DNA of 64,000 nucleotides from Mantamonas sphyraenae STR306 (taxonomy: Eukaryota; Protista; CRuMs), in NCBI GenBank assembly GCA_026936335.1, contig JAPMXV010000002.1:375803-439802 (forward strand). The letters run 5' to 3'. Shown piece after piece: positions 12,601-24,892 of this stretch. The notes under the pieces are model-generated. The model had not been told where the DNA came from, made no database searches, and was given only the letters and a program-made list of their open reading frames with translations. The position numbers and the translations under genes were made by a program. The number at the start of each line of letters is the position of its first letter. Position 1 is the stretch's first letter.

Positions 12601-14045
12601 TCGTTGTTGCTGACTGCAATGGTGAGGGCGTTCTCACGGTCAGGCCATGTGTCGACGTGAACACCCCATTCCAGCTGCTCCTGCATGGCATCGGTGTCAG
12701 CAGAGCGGGCGGCGGCGAGGAACGCATCTGCGTGCTCCCTGTTGCGCGAGAGACGCTGGTTGACTGCATCCTCGTACACACCAGGCATGTACCAGCAGGT
12801 GTGGTTGGATTCCAGTGCAGCGACCAGTGCTGCTGCTCCTTTGTCCCCGATGCTGTTGCCCGTGAGGTCCAGAGTCTGCAAGCTGCTGTTCTCAATCAGT
12901 GCCTGACCCAGTGCTGCTGCTCCTTTGTCGCCGATGCTGTTGTAGCTGAGGTCCAGTTTCTGCAAGCTGCTGTTCTCTCCCAGGGCCTTGGCCAGTGCTG
13001 CTGCTCCTTCTTTCCCGATGCTGTTGAAGCGGAGGTCCAGTGTCTGCAAGCTGCTGTTCTCACGCAGCGCCTGCGCCAGTGCTGCTGCTCCTTCTTCCCC
13101 GATGCTGTTGTTGTCGAGGTACAGTATCTGCAAGCTGCTGTTCTCCTTCAATGCCTGCGACAGTGCTGTTGTTCCTTCTGCCCCGATGCTGTTGTTTCTG
13201 AGGTCCACTGTCTGCAAGCTGCTGTTCTCTCCCAGGGCCTTGGCCAGTGCTGCTGCTCCTTTGTCCCCGATGCTGTTTTCCCTGAGGTCCAGGGACTGCA
13301 AGCTGCTGTTCTCACTCAGTGCCTGCGCCAGTGCTGCTGCTCCTTTGTCGCCGATGCTGTTGTCGCTGAGGTACAGTGTCTGCAAGCTGCTGTTCTCATT
13401 CAGCGCCTGCGCAAGTGCTGCTGATCCTTCTGCCCCGATGCTGTTGAGCCTGAGATCCAGAGTCTGTACGCTGCTATTCACACTCAGTGCCTGCGCCAGT
13501 GCTGCTGCTCCTTCTGCCCCGATGCTGTTGTTCCTGAGGTTCAGTCTCTGCAAGCTGCTGTTCTCTCCCAGTGCCTGCGCCACTGCTGCAGCTCCTTCTG
13601 CTCCGATGCTGTTGTTGTAGAGGTTCAGTCTCTGCAAGCTGCTGTTCTCTCCCAAAGCCTTGGCCAGTGCTGCTGCTCCTTCTGCCCCGATGCTGTTGTT
13701 CCTGAGGTCCAGTGTCTGCAAGCTGCTGTTCCCTCCCAGGGCCTCGGCAAGTGCGGCTGCCCCTTTGGCCCCAATCCACTTCCCCGACAGATCCAATCCC
13801 TGCCCCATCCATGTCAGCCATCACTCCCTCCACCTATCCCCCACCCAAACACCCATTCTTGCCCTCCACTCCCTTCAATCTCTCCATCCTCCATCCCACG
13901 TTGCCCGCCAACACGACACGTCACGATTTCCCTCCCATCCCAAAAACAAACTCACTTCTCCCGCCTCTGCCAATGCCACCCCAATGTGTTCCACATCACC
14001 ACTCTTCAACAGTGCGCTCCAGTCCACTTTTTCTTGTGTGCTCAT
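9609..14045 (-). CDS. LRR(12)-ankyrin-coiled coil-TKL-like protein kinase, copy 1; exon 1 13956-14045, intron 13800-13955
   Basis: 28-aa RI-type LRRs; ~2 ankyrin-like repeats; kinase motifs GEGGFAFV, VAIK, HRDLKPEN, DFG, APE; exon 1 MSTQEKVDWSALLKSGD...AGE|GTGAGT. Confidence 0.9.
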
Positions 14046-14226
14046 GATCTATCCGGTTCTGCTTCCTTGTGTGAGTTGTCCTCCCGCTGCAGATTCCCCC
14101 CCACAATCCCTGCCTCCTTGCCACAGTCTCCTCCATCCCTCATCCACAACCCACCGATGTTACTGTTGTGTCTGCGATCTAACAATTTACTCTTTCCAGT
14201 GCCTCGATGCGCGCACTCGCCTCTTC

Positions 14227-14942
14227 TCACCGCAACCACCGCCACACCAGCTCCTTCTCCTGCACCACATTCCAATCCAACCCCCCATGCTCCGCCAATA
14301 CACACACCACCCTCCCATCCCCAGACAACAACGCAGCTTCGAGCACGCTCATCCCGGGTGCGTGCGGAGCAGCAAGATCTGCCCCTGCGTCCAGAAGAAG
14401 CTGCACACAGGACGCACTGCCCATCCGTGCGGCCTGCCGTAGTGCACTGTCGCCATTGGCAAAGTGCACCGTCACATCTGCGCCTGCATCCAACAGAGCG
14501 CGCACGGTTTGCTCGGACGCCTGCCTTGCCGCCAGCATGAGCGCCGTGTGGCCACTGAGAGAGCGGTGGTTGACATCGGCGCCTGCGTCGATGAGTACCG
14601 AGACACAGTCTGCCTCTGCGCGGTCGGCCGCCTGGAGTAGGGCTGTGCGTGCGCGGTTGTCGGTCGCGTCGACGTCCGCCCCGCCGTCCACAAGGGCCTG
14701 GACACACTGTGGCCACCCACGCTCTGCGGCCCAGACGAGAAGAGGCACTGCATCCGGAGTCTGTGCGTTTGGATCAGAGCCTGCGTCCAGGAGGGCGGTG
14801 ACACACTGTGCGCTTCCGCTCTGCACGGCAATCATCATTGCGGTGCGGCCTGTGTCACGGGCCTGGACATCTGCACCCGCACGCAACAGGTGGCCCATGA
14901 TCTGGTGTTTGTTCCAGGAGGCGGCCATCATGAGAGGGGTCA
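14227..14942 (-). pseudogene. 5'-truncated ankyrin-repeat gene copy (duplication remnant)
   Basis: Near-identical to the 3' part of the 24893-25807 gene; begins abruptly at the kinase stop codon. Confidence 0.8.
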
Positions 14943-17900
14943 CACGCCTTCATCGTCGTCTCCGTTCTCACCCATCCCAATCTCCACTGTCACAAGCTTC
15001 TCTTGCACGTCTACGAGCACTGCTCCTTGACTGCTCACCCGCTCTTTCACTTGCATCACGTCCTGCTCCATTGCAGCCAGTTGCGCGCGGACAATGTCCA
15101 CATCTGCTGCGTTTAGCCCTTGTGATTCTGCTCGTGTCTGCACCTCTGTCAGCCATGCTCGCATCTGTGGTACCTGCTCTCCCAGGAACCGGATTGCCTT
15201 GCTCTGTTGGCCACTCTTCCTCTTTAGTGATTCCGTGTCACTTTGTACCTGCTTCAGCGCAGTGACAATCTCCTCCTGTGCGGTGGGGTCCAGTGCAGCC
15301 ACCTGTGCCTGCCATGCTTCGTGGTCAAAATGCACCGCGTCCAGGATCTGTGCCTGTGTCCCTTGCATCTCGTGCAGGATGCTCACAATCTCCACCTGCG
15401 AGTGCATCTCTTCCTTCTTCATCACCTCCACCGTGTCCAGCGTCGCCACAATCTGTGTGAATGGAGGCCGTTGCGATGGATCCGCTGCCCAGCACTGCTC
15501 AATCAGCTTTGTCGCCCATCCCGGACACACGCTCGTGTCGATCTTCTCTCGCTTGTCTGGCTTGATGGTCCACCTTGACACATGCTTGCTGTGGCCATAG
15601 TTTTTCTTGCCGCTGTACGGCTGCACTTCATGCATCATCTCCCACAGCAGCATCCCAAATGCAAACACATCCACCTTTTCGTCAAACGTCCGCATGGAGA
15701 CGCTCGAGGATGCACCTGCATCCTCCTCCTCGTCGCTGTCCGTGTCAACATCATCCACCAGCAGCTCAGGGGCCATGTACTGCCAGGACCCGGCGCCTGA
15801 CTTGGTCTTTGTCTTGGTGTGCTTCTTGACACGGCTCAGCCCAAAGTCGCTGATCCGTGCCACGCCACGCCTGTCCAGCAGCACATTCTCTGGCTTCAGG
15901 TCCCTGTGCATGATCGGTGGTTTGTATCCGTGCAGGTATGCCATCCCGTCTGCCACATCCCGTGCTATCTGCAGCTTGGCCTCCTCAGACAGCCCTTCCG
16001 CACCCTCGCCCCTCTCGTGCAGCAGCTTGTGCAGCGACCCAAGCTCACACAGTTCCGTCACCATGCACACATGCTCCGGTTCCACGCACACTCCGTGCAG
16101 TGTGATCATGTTCCTGTGCTTCAGTCCCTTCATCGTCCGCACCTCATGGTTGAATGCTGCTGTGTGTTCAGCATCCATCACCTGCACCTTCATCATCTTG
16201 ATGGCTACTGGCGTGCTTCCACGCAGCATCCCCTTGTACACAAAGGCAAACCCGCCCTCGCCCAGCAGTTCCCCTTTCGACAGATGCGACCACGGGATCT
16301 CCAGCGACTCGTCTCCGCCATCGTCCGCCTCTGATCGTGGGTCCCGTCTGTCATCCTCTGCAAGCACCGCCGCCAGACTCGATGCCTCCTTGCCCAGAAG
16401 TGCCTCGGCTGCATTCAGCGTTTCCAGCCGCTTTGTCAGCATCGCCTCCACCTGCTTCACACCCGCCGCTGCCTGGTCCCGCTCCTCCCGTGCTCGGTTG
16501 TACTCTTCGGTCAGCTCCTCCTCCAGGAACCGCAACATGTCTGCCTCTGCCTGCTGCACGCGCTTCTGCTTCGGTCCTTTCGACCGTTCCAGACGTTGAA
16601 GTTCCCCTGCCAGCGACCCACATGCCAACTCGGCTGCCTCTTTGGTCATCGTCTGTTCTGCTTTGTGTTGTGTCTGCAGCTGTTGCTCTGTGTGGTCCAC
16701 TGCTTCAGCGGTTTCTTCCAGATGCTCCTTGCTCGCCTCTGCCAGCTGCTCCAGCGCATGCGTCAGTCCCTCCTGACGCGCACAGAGCATGCGCAGCTGT
16801 GTGCGCCAGTTCCCACATTGTTTCAGTGTTGCTTGGATCTGCTTGCGCTCTTTTCTGTACGCAGCAGGCAGCTCACGCAAAGCTTCCTCCTCAGCAACCT
16901 TGTCCCTGCGCAGCTGTGCCAGTCTGGTCTCCAGCTCTCCAATCTCTCGTTCCATCTCTGTCACATGCGTCTCCTTCGCCATCTGCACCTCCTCCTCCTC
17001 TGCACCCAGTGCCTCCTTCCGTGCCTCCAGCACTCCTTTGTTGGCCTCCAGTTGCTCCAGACCAGCTGCATACCGTCTTCCCTCCTCCCTTGTGACCCCA
17101 GCCTGTGCCAACACCTGCTCCCTTTGTGCCTCTGCCCGTTCTGCAATCCATCCTCCAGGTGACGACGATGGTTCACCTGCTGCTGCTTCCTTCCACACTC
17201 CCTCCCACACCTCTCCTGCTGCTCCATACACCTCCGTCCGCGCTGCCATCCTCTTCTCTGCCCGTTGCGCACACACTCCCACCAGCTCCACACTCGTCTG
17301 CAGTTCCACTTCCCGTGCACTCGTCTTGGCTTCAATCGTCGTCCCTGCCTTTCGCTGTCTCGCCGCTTGCTTGTGTGTCGCCACCAGCCTTTCCACTTCT
17401 TCCTGCTCTGCTGCCCACAGTGTCTGCTGTGCCTGTGCAGCGTGTGGAGCAGCTGCAGCCAGGAGTGTACGTGCACGTGCGTTCTCCTGGTGCGCATTCT
17501 CCTTCACCGTGTCCAGCACAGCATGGCGTGTCGATGCCACCTCAGTGTCTGCGATCACGGTCTCCAGGTGTGCATGCACGGAGGATGTCTCGCGCATGGG
17601 TGTCGTGTGTGCGCTGTCATTCAGCACAGACACGACATCGGCCACGCTCGTGTGTCCACACGATGATGATGACAATGCTGTCAGCATGGCATCCAGCTCA
17701 GTCACAAACTCCACATTGGCTGTTGCTGTGGCGTATGCTGGCCACGATGGGTCAACAGGGTTGGATGTTGCAGAGAGCAGCGCCAGGATGGCCATGTTGC
17801 CACGTTTCTGGGCCAGCTCCAGGGCATTGGGTTTGGTGCCCAACGGGCGAGTGAGTGGATTTGCACCACGCTCGATCAGCCATGCACACAGATCGATGTT

Positions 17901-19994
17901 GTTGTTGTTGACGGCAATGGTGAGGGCTGTGTTGTCACTGTCAGGCCAGGCATCGATGTGAACACCCCATTCCAGCTGCTCCTGCATGGCACCGGTGTCG
18001 GCAGAGCGGGTGGCGCTGAGGAACGCATATGCGTGCTCCTTGTTGCGAGAGTCTACACCATCCATGTACCAGCAGGTGTGGTTGGATTTCAGAGCGTGCG
18101 CAAGTGCAGCTGCTCCTTCTGCCCCGATGCTGTTGTCGTCGAGGTACAGTATCTGCAAGCTGCTGTTCTCACTCAGTGCCTGCGCCAGTGCTGCTGCTCC
18201 TTTGTCCCCGATGCTGTTGTTGTCGAGGTCCACTGTCTGCAAGCTGCTGTTCTCACTCAGTGCCTGCGCCAGTGCTGCTCCTCCTTCGGCTGCGATGCTG
18301 TTGTTGTCAAGCTCTAGAGTCTGCAAGCTGCTGTTGTTACTCAGTCCCTGTGCCAGTGCTGCTGCTCCTTCTGTACCGATGCTGTTGTTGTCGAGGTTCA
18401 GTGTCTGCAAGCTGCTGTTCTCCCTCAGTGCCTGCCCCAGTGCTGCTGCTCCTTCTGCACCGATACTGTTCTTGCTGAGATCCAGTGTCTGCAAGCTGCT
18501 GTTCTCACTCAGTGCCTGCCCCAGTGCTGCTGCTCCTTTGTCCCCGATGTTGTTGCCATTGAGGTTCAGTGTCTGCAAGCTACTATTCTCAGTTAGTGCC
18601 TGCGCCAGTGCTGCTGCTCCTTCTGCCCCGATGCTGTTGTTGCTGAGGTCCAGTGTCTGCAAGCTGCTGTTCTCACTCCGTTCCTGCGCCAGTGCTGCTG
18701 CTCCTTTGTCCCCGATGTTGTTGCCATTGAGGTTCAGTGTCTGCAAGCTACTATTCTCAGTTAGTGCCTGCGCCAGTGCTGCTGCTCCTTCTGCCCCGAT
18801 GCTGTTGTAGCGGAGGTCCAGTGTCTGCAAGCTGGTGTTCTCACGCAGTGCCTGCGCCAGTGCTGCTGCTCCTTCTGCCCAGATGCTGTTGCTGTTGAGG
18901 TACAGTGTCTGCAAAGTGCTGTTTTCACTCAGTGCCTGGGCAAGTGCTGCTGCACCTTTGTCGCCGGTGCTGTTGCCTCTGAGGTCCAGTGTCTGCAAGC
19001 TGCTGTTCTCACTCAGAGCTTCGGCTAGTACTGCTGCTCCCTCGTCGCCGATACTGTTGTTCCTGAGGCTCAGTGTCTGCAAGCTGCTGTTCTCACTCAA
19101 TGCCTGCGCCAGTGCTGCTGCTCCATCTGCCCCGATGTTGTTGCTTCTGAGGATCAGTGTCTGCAAGGTGCTGTTCTCACCCAGAGCCTGCGCCAGTGCT
19201 GCAGCTCCTTCGTACCCAATGTTGTTGCCATACAGGTTCAGTGTCTGCAAGCTTCTGTTCCCCCTCAGAGCCTGCGCCAGTGCTGCTGCGCCTTCCTCCC
19301 CGATGCTGTTGCGGATGAGATTCAGTCTCTGCAAGCTGCTGTTCTCTCCCACGGCCTTGGCCAGTACTGCAGCTCCTTCTCCTCCGATGCTGTTGTCATC
19401 GAGGTTCAGTGTCTGCAAGCTTCTGTTCTCATTCAGTGCCTGCGCCAGTGCTGCGGCTCCCATGTCACCGATGCTGTTGGTGTTCACGTGCAGTGTCTTC
19501 AAGCTGGTGTTCTCACTTAACGCCTGCGCCAGTGCTGCTGCTCCTTCTGCACCGATGCTATTGTTTTCGAGAATCAGTGTCTGCAAGCTGCTGTTCCCTC
19601 CCAGGGCCTTGGCCAGTGCTGCTGCTCCTTCTTCCCCGATGCTGTTCAAACCGAGTTCCAGTGTCTGCAAGCTGCTGTTCCCTCCCAGGGCCTTGGCAAG
19701 TGCGGCTGCTTGTTTGTCCCCAATCCCGTTCCCCATCAGATTCAATCCCTGCCCCATCCATTTCAGCCATCACTCCCTCCACCTATCCCCCACCCAAACA
19801 CCCATTCCTGCCCTCTATCCCGTCCAATCTCTCCATCCTCCATCCCACATAGCTCGCCAACACGACACGTCACGATTTCCCTCCCCTCCCAAAAACAAAC
19901 TCACTTCTCCCGCCTCTGCCAATGCCACCCCAATGCGTTCCACATCACCACTCTGCAACAGTGCGCTCCACTCCACTTTTTCTTGTGTGCTCAT
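14940..19994 (-). CDS. LRR(20)-ankyrin-coiled coil-TKL-like kinase, copy 2; exon 1 19905-19994, intron 19749-19904
   Basis: Same architecture as copy 1; 20 LRR units counted. Confidence 0.9.
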
Positions 19995-20175
19995 GATGTA
20001 TCCGGTTCTGCTTCCTTGTGTGAGTTGCCCTCCCGGTGCAGATTCCCCCCCACAATCATTGCCTCCTTGCCACAGTCTCCTCCATCCCTCGTCCACAACC
20101 CACCGATGTTACTGTTGTGTCTGCGATCTAACAATTTACTCTTTCCAGTGCCTCGATGCGCGCACTCGCCTCTTC

Positions 20176-20891
20176 TCACCGCAACCACCGCCACACCAGC
20201 TCCTTCTCCTGCACCACATTCCAATCCAACCCCCCATGCTCCGCCAATACACACACCACCCTCCCATCCCCAGACAACAACGCAGCTTCGAGCACGCTCA
20301 TCCCGGGTGCGTGCGGAGCAGCAAGATCTGCCCCTGCGTCCAGAAGAAGCTGCACACAGGACGCACTGCCCATCCGTGCGGCCTGCCGTAGTGCACTGTC
20401 GCCATTGGCAAAGTGCACCGTCACATCTGCGCCTGCATCCAACAGAGCGCGCACGGTTTGCTCGGACGCCTGCCTTGCCGCAAGCATGAGCGCCGTGTGG
20501 CCACTGAGGGAGCGGTGGTTGACATCGGCGCCTGCGTCGATGAGTACCGAGACACAGTCTGCCTCTGCGCGGTCGGCCGCCTGGAGTAGGGCTGTGCGTG
20601 CGCGGGTGTCGGTCGCGTCGACGTCCGCCCCGCCGTTCACAAGGGCCTGGACACACTGTGGCCACCCACGCTCTGCGGCCCAGACGAGAAGAGGCACTGC
20701 ATCCGGAGTCTGTGCGTTTGGATCAGAGCCTGCGTCCAGGAGGGCGGTGACACACTGTGCGCTTCCGCTCTGCACGGCAATCATCATTGCGGTGCGGCCT
20801 GTGTCACGGGCCTGGACATCTGCACCCGCACGCAACAGGTGGCCCATGATCTGGTGTTTGTTCCAGGAGGCGGCCATCATGAGAGGGGTCA
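20176..20891 (-). pseudogene. 5'-truncated ankyrin-repeat gene copy (duplication remnant)
   Basis: Same truncation point as 14227-14942. Confidence 0.8.
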
Positions 20892-23800
20892 CACGCCTTC
20901 ATCGTCGTCTCCGTTCTCACCCATCCCAATCTCCACTGTCACAAGCTTCTCTTGCACGTCTACGAGCACTGCTCCTTGACTGCTCACCCGCTCTTTCACT
21001 TGCATCACGTCCTGCTCCATGGCAGCCAGTTGCGCGCGGACGATGTCCACATCTGCTGCGTTTAGCCCTTGTGATTCTGCTCGTGTCTGCACCTCTGTCA
21101 GCCATGCTCGCATCTGTGGTACCTGCTCTCCCAGGAACCGGATTGCCTTGCTCTGTTGGCCACTCTTCCTCTTTAGTGATTCCGTGTCACTTTGTACCTG
21201 CTTCAGCGCAGTGACAATCTCCTCCTGTGCGGTGGGGTCCAGTGCAGCCACCTGTGCCTGCCATGCCTCGTGGTCAAAGTGCACCGCGTCCAGAATCTGT
21301 GCCTGTGTCCCTTGCATCTCGTGCAGGATGCTCACAATCTCCACCTGCGAGTGCATCTCTTCCTTCTTCATCACCTCCACCGTGTCCAGCGTCGCCACAA
21401 TCTGTGTGAATGGAGGCCGGTGCGATGGATCTGTTGCCCAGCACTGCTCAATCAGCTTTGTCGCCCATCCCGGACACACGCTCGTGTCGATCTTTTCTCG
21501 CTTGTCTGGCTTGATGGTCCACCTTGACACATGCTTGCTGTGGCCATAGTTTTTCTTGCCGCTGTACGGCTGCACTTCATGCATCATCTCCCACAGCAGC
21601 ATCCCAAACGCAAACACATCCACCTTTTCGTCAAACGTCCGCATGGAGACGCTCGAGGATGCACCTGCATCCTCCTCCTCGTCGCTGTCCGTGTCAACAT
21701 CATCCACCAGCAGCTCAGGGGCCATGTACTGCCAGGACCCGGCGCCTGACTTGGTCTTTGTCTTGGTGTGCTTCTTGACACGGCTCAGCCCAAAGTCGCT
21801 GATCCGTGCCACGCCACGCCTGTCCAGCAGCACATTCTCTGGCTTCAGGTCCCTGTGCATGATCGGTGGTTTGTATCCGTGCAGGTACGCCATTCCGTCT
21901 GCCACATCCCGTGCTATCTGCAGCTTGGCCTCCTCAGACAGCCCTTCCGCACCCTCGCCCCTCTCGTGCAGCAGCTTGTGCAGCGACCCAAGCTCACACA
22001 GTTCCGTCACCATGCACACATGCTCCGGTTCCACGCACACTCCGTGCAGTGTGATCATGTTCCTGTGCTTCAGTCCCTTCATCGTCCGCACCTCATGGTT
22101 GAATGCTGCTGTGTGTTCAGCATCCATCACCTGCACCTTCATCATCTTGATGGCTACTGGCGTGCTTCCACGCAGCATCCCCTTGTACACAAAGGCAAAC
22201 CCGCCCTCGCCCAGCAGTTCCCCTTTCGACAGATGCGACCACGGGATCTCCAGCGACTCGTCTCCGTCATCGTCCGCCTCTGATCGTGAGCCTCGTCTGT
22301 CCTTCCCTGCAAGCACCGCCGCCAGACTCGATGCCTCCTTGCCCAGCAGTGCCTCGGCTGCATTCAGCGTTTCCAGCCGCTCGGTCTGCATCGCCTCCAC
22401 CTGCTTCACACCCGCCGCTGCCTGGTCCCGCTCCTCCCGTGCTCGGTTGTACTCTTCGGTCAGCTCCTCCTCCAGGAACCGCAACATGTCTGCCTCTGCC
22501 TGCTGCACGCGCTTCTGCTTCGGTCCTTTCGACCGTTCCAGACGTTGAAGTTCCCCTGCCAGCGACCCACATGCCAACTCGGCTGCCTCTTTGGTCATCG
22601 TCTGTTCTGCTTTGTGTTGTGTCTGCAGCTGTTGCTCTGTGTGGTCCACTGCTTCAGCGGTTTCTTCCAGATGCTCCTTGCTCGCCTCTGCCAGCTGCTC
22701 CAGCGCATGCGTCAGTCCCTCCTGACGCTCACACATCCTGCGCAGCTGTGTGCGCCATTTCCCACAATGTTTCAGTGTTGCTTTGATCTGCTTGCGCTCT
22801 TTTGAGTACGCAGCAGGCAGCTCACGCAATGCTTCCTCCTCAGCAACCTTGTCCCTGCGCAGCTGTGCCAGTCTGGTCTCCAGTTCTTCAATCTCTCGTT
22901 CCATCTCTGTCACATGCGTCTCCTTCGCCATCCGCACCTCCTCCTCCTCTGCACCCAGTGCCGCCTTCCGTGCCTCCAGCTCTGCTGTGTTGGCCTCCAG
23001 TTGCTCCAGCCCAGCTGCATACCGTCTTCCCTCCTCCCTTGTGACCCCAGCCTGTGCCAACACCTGCTCCCTTTGTGCCTCTGCCCGTTCTGCAATCCAT
23101 CCTCCAGGTGACGAGGATGGTTCACCTGCTGCTGCTTCCTTCCACACTCCCTCCCACACCTCTCCTGCTGCTCCATACACCTCCGTCCGCGCTGCCATCC
23201 TCTTCTCTGCCCGTTGCGCACACACTCCCACCAGCTCCACACTCGTCTGCAGTTCCACTTCCCGTGCACTCGTCTTGGCTTCAATCGTCGTCCCTGCCTG
23301 TCGCTGTCTCGCCGCTTGCTTGTGTGTCGCCACCAGCCTCTCCACTTCTTCCTGCTCTGCTGTCCATAGTGTCTGCTGTGCCTGTGCAGCGTGTGGAGCA
23401 GCTGCAGCGAGGAACGCGCGTGCACGTGCGTTCTCCTGGTCCACACTCTCCTTCACCGTGTCCAGCACAGCATGGCGTGTCGATGCCACCTCAGTGTCTG
23501 CGATCACGGTCTCCAGGTGTGCATGCACGGAGGATGTCTCGCGCATGGGTGTCGTGTGTGCGCTGTCATTCAGCACAGACACGACATCGGCCACGCTCGT
23601 GTGTCCACACGATGATGATGACAATGCTGTCAGCATGGCATCCAGCTCAGTCACAAACTCCACATTGGTTGTAGCTGTGGCGTACGCTGGCCAGGATGCG
23701 TCAAGATGGTTGATTGCTGCAGAGAGCAGCTTCAGGATGGCCGTGTTGCCATTTTCCTGGGCCAGCTCCAGGGCATTGGGATTGTAGCCGGGGCGAGTGA

Positions 23801-24706
23801 GTGGATTCGCACCACCCTCGATCAGCCATGCGCACAGTCCAACGTCGTTGTTGTTGACTGCAATGGTGAGGGCTGTGTTCTTCTCGTCAGGCCATGTGTC
23901 GATGTGAACACCCCAATCCAGCTGCTCCTGCATGGCACCGGTGTCGGCAGAGCGGGCGGCGGTGAGGAACGCATCTGCGTGCTCCCTGTTGCGAGAGAGA
24001 CGCTGGTTGACTGCATCATCGCCTACACCATACATGTACAAGCAGGTGTGATTGGATTCCAGTGCGTGCGCCAGTGCTGCTGCTCCTTCTGCTCCGATGT
24101 TGTTTTCGTCGAGGGCCAGTCTCTGCAAACTGCTGTTCTCACTCAGTGCCTGCGCCAGAGCTGCTGCTCCCTCGTCGCCGATTCTGTTCCAGCTGAGATT
24201 CAGTGTCTGTAAGCTGCTGTTCACACTCAGTGCGTGCGCCAGTGCTGCTGCTCCTTCTGCTCCGATGTTGTTTTCGTCGAGGGCCAGTCTCTGCAAACTG
24301 CTGTTCTCACTCAGTGCCTGCGCCAGTGCCGTTGCTCCTTCTGCTCCGATGCTGTTGTTCCTGAGGTTCAGTGTCCGCAAGCTGCTGTTCCCTCCCAGGG
24401 CCTTGGCAAGTGCGGCTGCTTGTTTTTCCCCAATCCCGTCCCAACTCAGATCCAATTCCTGCCCCATCCATGTCAGCCATCACCCCCTCCACCTTCCTCC
24501 CACCCAAACACCCATTTCTGCCCTCTACCCCCTTCAATCTCTCCATCCTCCATCCCACATAGCTCGCCAACACGACACGTCACGATTTCCCTCCCATCCC
24601 CCAAAATCAAACTCACTTCTCCCGCCTCTGCCAATGCCACCCCAATGCGTTCCACATCACCACTCTGCAACAGTGCGCTCCAGTCCACTATTTTTTGTAT
24701 GCTCAT
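20889..24706 (-). CDS. LRR(5)-ankyrin-coiled coil-TKL-like kinase, copy 3; exon 1 24617-24706, intron 24459-24616
   Basis: Same architecture; 5 LRR units counted. Confidence 0.9.
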
Positions 24707-24892
24707 GATCTATCCAAGGGTCCCCGTCCTTGTGTGAGTTGCCCTCCCGCTGCAGGTTTCCACCCCCCACAATCCCTGCCTCCTTGCCACAGTCTCCTCC
24801 ATCCCTCATCCACAACCCACCGATGTGACTGTTGTGTCTGCGATCTAACAATTTACTCTTTCCAGTGGCTCGATGCGCGCACTCGCCTGTTC

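Noticed and set aside
12790-19750. 84-bp repeats as a CRISPR array or DGR template/variable repeats
   Set aside because: They are in-frame LRR coding units with no repeat-spacer structure, and there is no cas or reverse transcriptase gene in the window.
9609-24706. ROCO/LRRK kinase assignment
   Set aside because: No Roc P-loop or COR motifs between the LRR and the kinase.
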